DNA of 64,000 nt from Dehalococcoidia bacterium (GTDB lineage Bacteria > Chloroflexota > Dehalococcoidia > Bin125): the NCBI GenBank assembly GCA_963662615.2, contig CAXXSR010000002.1:96001-160000 (forward strand). Direction: 5' to 3'. The notes beneath the pieces were generated by a model. It saw only the letters and a list, made by a program, of their open reading frames with translations, made no database searches and had not been told where the DNA came from. Each line of letters opens with the position of its first letter. The stretch's first letter is position 1. Both the position numbers and the translations under genes were made by a program. Of the stretch, positions 59,251 through 64,000 are shown one piece after another.

Positions 59251-59901
59251 ATGGACCTGTACGAAGCATCGCGAATGTTGCAAGAGGTGCAGGAGAAGTA
59301 CTTGCGCTGGCGTGAGGCGCGGCGCGAACTCCTGGAATGGCCGGCCGACGAGCCCGTCACGGGGTGGCTGGCGGACGAATGTCGAGTGTTCGACTCCGCG
59401 GCGCCGTTGGAAAGTGGCACCGCGACGGCAATGCGGCTGGCGGCGATGGAGCCAGCCTTGAAAGAGCGCCTCACGGGTGCGCGCCGCGACGCCTGGTACG
59501 AGCAGGGCAAGACGCTGCGATTCGCCTTGGTGCTGCTGGAGAACCGGCTGTGCAGCGTGCGGGAAGAGCTGGAGGGGCTGGCGGAGGCGGATATCCCACT
59601 GACCCAGCGGCCGATGCAGTTGCTGGAAACGCAGATGGATTCGCTGCGCGCGAACCTGGCAGAGTGGGAATCGCGGCGGCGGCGGTCGACGGCGACCTGC
59701 AGCTTGGCGGAGCTGGAGCGGATGATCGCCGACCCCTACCACGCGGCGGACAAGGAGCACCTGGAGCGCGTGGCGGCGCGTGCTCGTGAGGCTGACCTGC
59801 CCCAAGCGGGAATCAGCATCCGCTTGGAGTGGGAGTCGGTATCGGGCGAGGTGCTGTCGGCGGAGATCGTGGCGGAGGACGCGGCCCGTCGGGCCGCGTG
59901 A
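59251..59901 (+). CDS. hypothetical coiled-coil protein
   Basis: GGAG SD; Glu/Arg/Leu-rich helical ORF. Confidence 0.55.
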   Translation: MDLYEASRMLQEVQEKYLRWREARRELLEWPADEPVTGWLADECRVFDSAAPLESGTATAMRLAAMEPALKERLTGARRDAWYEQGKTLRFALVLLENRLCSVREELEGLAEADIPLTQRPMQLLETQMDSLRANLAEWESRRRRSTATCSLAELERMIADPYHAADKEHLERVAARAREADLPQAGISIRLEWESVSGEVLSAEIVAEDAARRAA

Positions 59902-60026
59902 GGAGTCCGGCAGGAAGCAGGCGGGGCCAGTCAGGCCCTGCCCTCGGCGACCTTGGTTGGCGCCGCTTGCGCCCCTCTTTTCGATTCAAATCGACCGAAT
60001 CTTCTTCCGTTCTCGTTCGTACGAAC

Positions 60027-60062
60027 TTGAGCCTACTGCGGGGATTGTTAGGCTTTTCGCAG
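60027..60062 (+). promoter_or_regulatory. rex promoter overlapped by a degenerate Rex operator
   Basis: TTGAGC-N16-TAGGCT; TTGTTAGGCTTTTCGCAG (60045-60062) resembles TTGTGAA-N4-TTCACAA. Confidence 0.5.
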
Positions 60063-60757
60063 TGTCCGAGCCCGTTGGCGGCGGATTGAAGCGGGACTCT
60101 CGCTTGGTTGGCGCTGATATCCCCGAAGTGGTGATCAACCGCCTGCCCGTGTACGCGCGGGCGCTCACCTTGCTGGCCGCGGAAGGGCGGGAGATTGTCA
60201 GCTCGCAGGAGCTGGGGCAAGCGTTGGGCGTGACCCCGGCGCAGATCCGCAAGGACCTCTCCTACTTCGGGCGCTTCGGCAAGCAGGGGCGGGGCTACAA
60301 CATTGGCTATCTGCTCGCGACCCTGCGGTCGATCCTGGGGTTGGAGCAGGAGTGGCGCATTGCGCTGGTGGGGGTCGGACGGCTGGGCCAAGCGATCATG
60401 AGCTATGGCGGCTTCGGCCCGCAGGGCTTTCTGGTCGTGAAGGCGTACGACACCCACCCGGAGATCATTGGGCGATCCCTTGCGAACGTGGTGGTCGAAG
60501 ACGTGGCGACGCTGCCGGCGTCGTTGCGAGCGGCGTCGGTGGACGTGGGAATCGTGGCGGTGCCGGCGGAGTTAGCGCAGGCGGTGATCGACATGTTGGT
60601 GGCGAGCGGGGTGCGAGCGATTCTGAACTACGCCCCGATCGCGGCGCGGGTGCCCGCAGGCGTCTACTTGCGCCAGATCGACCCGGTGCTGGCGCTGCAG
60701 AGCATGACTTATTTCCTCAAGAACGAAGGCGCCGGGGAGCGCGAGGCGAGCGGTTAG
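60062..60757 (+). CDS. rex: redox-sensing transcriptional repressor
   Basis: IPEVVINRLPVY, AQIRKDLSYFG..GRGY, VGVGRLG, ILNYAP; start 60062 or 60104. Confidence 0.96.
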   Translation: MSEPVGGGLKRDSRLVGADIPEVVINRLPVYARALTLLAAEGREIVSSQELGQALGVTPAQIRKDLSYFGRFGKQGRGYNIGYLLATLRSILGLEQEWRIALVGVGRLGQAIMSYGGFGPQGFLVVKAYDTHPEIIGRSLANVVVEDVATLPASLRAASVDVGIVAVPAELAQAVIDMLVASGVRAILNYAPIAARVPAGVYLRQIDPVLALQSMTYFLKNEGAGEREASG

Positions 60758-61791
60758 AATTCGCCGACGCCGGCCAGGAGGCCGTCCTCCGAGGCGAGAT
60801 TCTGTCGGATCACGTCGATGTATTCCAAGGCCAGGCTGGCCCCTTGGGCAACGCACTCCAGCGGGTGCTCGGCCGCGTGACAGGGGACCCCGGTCTCTTC
60901 CGTTAAGAGCGTCTCCAGGTTGCGAAGGAGCGCGCCGCCGCCGGTGAGGACGATGCCGCGGTCGATCACGTCGGCGGCGAGTTCGGGCGGCGTTCTTTCC
61001 AGCACCCGCTTAATCACCTGGGCCACGGCGGCCAGCGGTTCTTGCAGGGCGTTGGCGATCTCGTTGGACGTGACCGTGATGGTACGGGGCATGCCGGAGA
61101 TCTGATCGCGCCCGCGGATCTGCGTACGCAGGGTCTCCTCAATGGGCAAGGCGGAGCCGATGGCGATCTTCAAGTCCTCCGCGGTGCGCTGTCCGATGAG
61201 GAGGTTGTGGCGCCGCTTGATGTAGGCCGTGATCGCCTCGTCGAAGTGGTCGCCCGCTACCTTCGCGGATTCCCATACGACCATGCCGTACATGGAGATC
61301 ACGGCGCCTTCGGTGCGGCCGCCGCCGATGTCGACGACGAGGTTGCCGCGGGGGGTGGCGACGGGAAGGCCCGCGCCAAGGGCCGCCGCCAGCGGCTCCG
61401 GCAGGAGGTGGGCGGGGCGGCGCGCGCCGGCGTGCTCGGCGGCGTCCCGGACGAAGCGTTGCTCCACGCTGGTGGCGCCGGCGGGCACGCTGATCATCAC
61501 CTCCGGCCGCACCAGCATGAAGCGGCTGGTCACCTTGCCGACGAAATAGCGCAGCATGGCCTCCACGATCAGGTAGTCGGCGATGGCGCCGTCGCGCAGG
61601 GGGCGGACGATGGTGATGGACTCGGGGTGGCGGCCGATCATGGCACGGGCATCGGCGCCGACCGCGACCACGTCGTTGTCGCGCCGGCCCACGGCGACGA
61701 CGGAGGGCTCGCTCAGGAGGACGCCTTTGCCCCGCACCGAGACGAGGATGTTGGCGGTCCCCAGGTCGATGCCGATCTTCTTGCCAAACAC
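60754..61791 (-). CDS. mreB: rod shape-determining protein MreB/Mbl
   Basis: GIDLGTAN, RPLRDG, EPLAAA, VDIGGG, LTGGGALL. Confidence 0.95.
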   Translation of the reverse strand: MFGKKIGIDLGTANILVSVRGKGVLLSEPSVVAVGRRDNDVVAVGADARAMIGRHPESITIVRPLRDGAIADYLIVEAMLRYFVGKVTSRFMLVRPEVMISVPAGATSVEQRFVRDAAEHAGARRPAHLLPEPLAAALGAGLPVATPRGNLVVDIGGGRTEGAVISMYGMVVWESAKVAGDHFDEAITAYIKRRHNLLIGQRTAEDLKIAIGSALPIEETLRTQIRGRDQISGMPRTITVTSNEIANALQEPLAAVAQVIKRVLERTPPELAADVIDRGIVLTGGGALLRNLETLLTEETGVPCHAAEHPLECVAQGASLALEYIDVIRQNLASEDGLLAGVGEF

Positions 61792-61916
61792 CTTCCGCGC
61801 CCTTCCTGATGCGCTTCGTCGAAAGCGGCCCGAGCAGCCAGCGTGGGACACCGTGTGACGCTGCTCGCAGTGTACCGGCCCGCGACGGGGCGCGGCGGGG
61901 CCGAGCTGCGCCCGGC

Positions 61917-63197
61917 TCAGCCGGCCGGCGCAGCCTCCATCACACGCGAGGCCTGCGCGCCCAGTTGCCGCAACTTGACGTCAAGGCCCTCATAGCCACG
62001 CTCCAGATGCGAGATGTCCACTAAGTCGGTCTCTCCCTCGGCGGCGAGCGCGGCCACCACCAGCGCCGCCGAGGCGCGGACATCCAGGCCGCGAACCACC
62101 GTCCCGCGCAGGGCCACGGGCCCCTGGACGATGGCGGTGGCGCCGGTGCTGATGATGCGCGCCCCCATCTTGCGCAGCTCCGCCACGTACTGGAGGCGGT
62201 TCTCAAAGACGCGCTCATGGACCACGCTGACCCCATCCGCCTGGGTCAGCAGGGTGGTCACGAGCGCCTGCAGGTCGGTCGCGAGGCCGGGGTAGGGCAC
62301 GGCCTGGATGTTGGTCGCAGTGAGCGGGCCGTTGGCGCGGATGGTGACGCCGTCCTCGCGTTCGCTGACGTCCACGCCGATCTCGCGGAGCTTGAAGAGG
62401 AGCGCGTCCATGTGACGCGGATTGGCGCCTTGCAGGTGGACGTCGCCGCCGGTGATCGCCGCGGCGACGGCGAAGGTGCCGGCTTCAATGCGGTCGGGGA
62501 TGAGTTCATGGGTGACGCCATGGAGCGCGGCGACGCCGTCGATCTCGATGGTGTGCGTTCCGGCTCCGGTGACACAGGCGCCCATGCCGGTGAGCATGCG
62601 CGCGAGGCAGACCACCTCCGGCTCGGCGGCGGCGTTGACGATGGTGGTGCGGCCCTCCGCCAGGACGGCAGCTAAGAGGACGTTCTCCGTCCCCAGCACG
62701 CTGGGATACTCCAGCACGATGCGGCTGCCACGCAGCCGGGGAGCGGAGGCGACGAAGCGGCCACCCTCCGTGCGGACGTCGGCGCCCAAGCCAACGAAGC
62801 CGCGCAAATGCACATCCAACGGGCGCTGGCCGATGATGTCGCCGCCCGGCGCGGCACAGGCGCCGCGACCGAAGCGGGCCAGGAGGGGACCCATGACTAA
62901 GAAGGAGGCGCGTTGATTGACGACGAGCCGGTCCGGTGCGCTGTGCGCCAGCTCGTGCTCGGCGTGCACGGACGCCGTGTGCGCGTGGGTGTCGATGTCC
63001 ACGTCGGCGCCGAGGGCGCGGAGGATGCTGGCGAAGAGGTCCACGTCCTCAATGCTGGGGACGTTACGAATGAAGCAAGGCTCACTGGTGAGGAGGGCGG
63101 CGGCGAGGCAGGGCATGGCGGCATTCTTGGCCCCGCTGATGGAGACGACCCCGTGGAGCCGGGAGCCGCCGCGAATGCGATAGAGAGGCTCGCTCAC
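61917..63197 (-). CDS. murA: UDP-N-acetylglucosamine 1-carboxyvinyltransferase
   Basis: SGAKNA, RAS, PGGD..G.RP, DRIEAGT, FENR, RGYE. Confidence 0.96.
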   Translation of the reverse strand: MSEPLYRIRGGSRLHGVVSISGAKNAAMPCLAAALLTSEPCFIRNVPSIEDVDLFASILRALGADVDIDTHAHTASVHAEHELAHSAPDRLVVNQRASFLVMGPLLARFGRGACAAPGGDIIGQRPLDVHLRGFVGLGADVRTEGGRFVASAPRLRGSRIVLEYPSVLGTENVLLAAVLAEGRTTIVNAAAEPEVVCLARMLTGMGACVTGAGTHTIEIDGVAALHGVTHELIPDRIEAGTFAVAAAITGGDVHLQGANPRHMDALLFKLREIGVDVSEREDGVTIRANGPLTATNIQAVPYPGLATDLQALVTTLLTQADGVSVVHERVFENRLQYVAELRKMGARIISTGATAIVQGPVALRGTVVRGLDVRASAALVVAALAAEGETDLVDISHLERGYEGLDVKLRQLGAQASRVMEAAPAG

Positions 63198-63291
63198 CGG
63201 GGCACTTCGTTCCGGGCCGCCACCCGCATAGGTTCAGCCTAGGCAGGGGCCGGAGGAGGGACAAGCAGCGCCCGGGTGAAGGGGCAGAGCG

Positions 63292-63738
63292 CTACTCCGC
63301 GCCGCCACGGCCGGCGGGCAGATCGGCGCGGCCGCGGCGACGGCGGCGGGCCACGCGCAGGCGCACCAGGGAGCGGTGCAGGGAGGCCTCGGCGCGGGCG
63401 CGGTCCACCGTCTGTTCGCCGCGCAGGTGCGCCTCGGCGCGGGCGCGGGCGGCCTCAGCCCGCTCCAGGTCGATCTCGTCGCCCCGCTCAGCGGCGTCGG
63501 CGAGGACGGTGACGATGTCGTCGCGGACTTCCAGGAAGCCGCCGCTGATGAAGAAGGGCCGCTCCTCATTGTCCTTCTTCACGCGCAGCTCGCCGGCCTG
63601 GAGGCTGGTGACGAGGGGGGCGTGGTGGGGCAGGATCCCGAGCTCGCCGATGGCGCCCGGCGCCACGACCTCGTCAACGTCTTCCTCGCGCAGGAGGAGG
63701 CGCTCGCCGGTGACGATCTCCAGGGTGAGCTTGGGCAC
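63292..63738 (-). CDS. atpC: ATP synthase F1 epsilon subunit
   Basis: GELGILPHHAPL, ISGGFLEV, EIDLERA. Confidence 0.96.
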   Translation of the reverse strand: MPKLTLEIVTGERLLLREEDVDEVVAPGAIGELGILPHHAPLVTSLQAGELRVKKDNEERPFFISGGFLEVRDDIVTVLADAAERGDEIDLERAEAARARAEAHLRGEQTVDRARAEASLHRSLVRLRVARRRRRGRADLPAGRGGAE

Positions 63739-63764
63739 GTCCCGCTCCGCCGGCGCGGCCGCCG

Positions 63765-64000
63765 CTAGGCGGCCGCCTCCTTGGCGATCCGATCCGCCTT
63801 CTCCACCACCATCTCGATGCCGCCGACGTTGTAGAAGGCCTGCTCCGGGAGGTCGTCGTAGCGGCCGGCCAGGATCTCTTGGAAGCCGCGCACGGTCTCG
63901 CGAACGGGGACGTACTGCCCGGACACGCCCGTGAAGGCCTCCGCCACGAACATGGGTTGGGTGAGGAAGCGCTGGATGCGACGGGCGCGAGCAACGGCGA
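63765..64000 (-). CDS. atpD: ATP synthase F1 beta subunit, 3' part
   Basis: [34 protein letters not shown]. Confidence 0.96.
   Translation of the reverse strand, partial: AVARARRIQRFLTQPMFVAEAFTGVSGQYVPVRETVRGFQEILAGRYDDLPEQAFYNVGGIEMVVEKADRIAKEAAA

Noticed and set aside
60014-60026. LexA box GTTCGTACGAAC
   Set aside because: Half-sites are in the reverse order to the GAAC-N4-GTTC consensus

Overview
High-GC bacterial chromosome segment, most consistent with Chloroflexota (Dehalococcoidia-like; inferred from gene content and repeat families). 1-19 kb is accessory-looking: two paralogous CSLREA/beta-helix surface proteins with a duplicated promoter flank decayed regulators, followed by a CoA-transferase, a serine hydrolase lipoprotein, a two-component pair with an in-frame amber codon and tRNA-Pro. 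19.9-38.1 kb is a branched-chain amino acid cluster (cimA, leuB, leuD, leuC, leuA, ilvC, ilvN, ilvB, ilvE) interrupted by a 2.3-kb IS1595-family element and a hicAB-like pair. 38-64 kb holds a TetR/MFS pair, OsmC, LarA-family, an orphan DNA methyltransferase, two tRNA-Ser genes and core genes (mnmA, rsfS, ndk, tsaB, tsaE, gyrA, rex, mreB, murA, atpC, partial atpD). The best candidate for an undescribed system is the IS1595 element (23051-25342, terminal IRs, 7-bp target duplication). It sits in the spacer of the leuB promoter and carries a ~220-nt multi-hairpin non-coding region, an antisense sigma70-type promoter, an 11-codon mini-ORF with a strong SD, a minimal GIY-YIG nuclease and two other small ORFs. 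All calls come from reading the sequence by eye; no searches were run.
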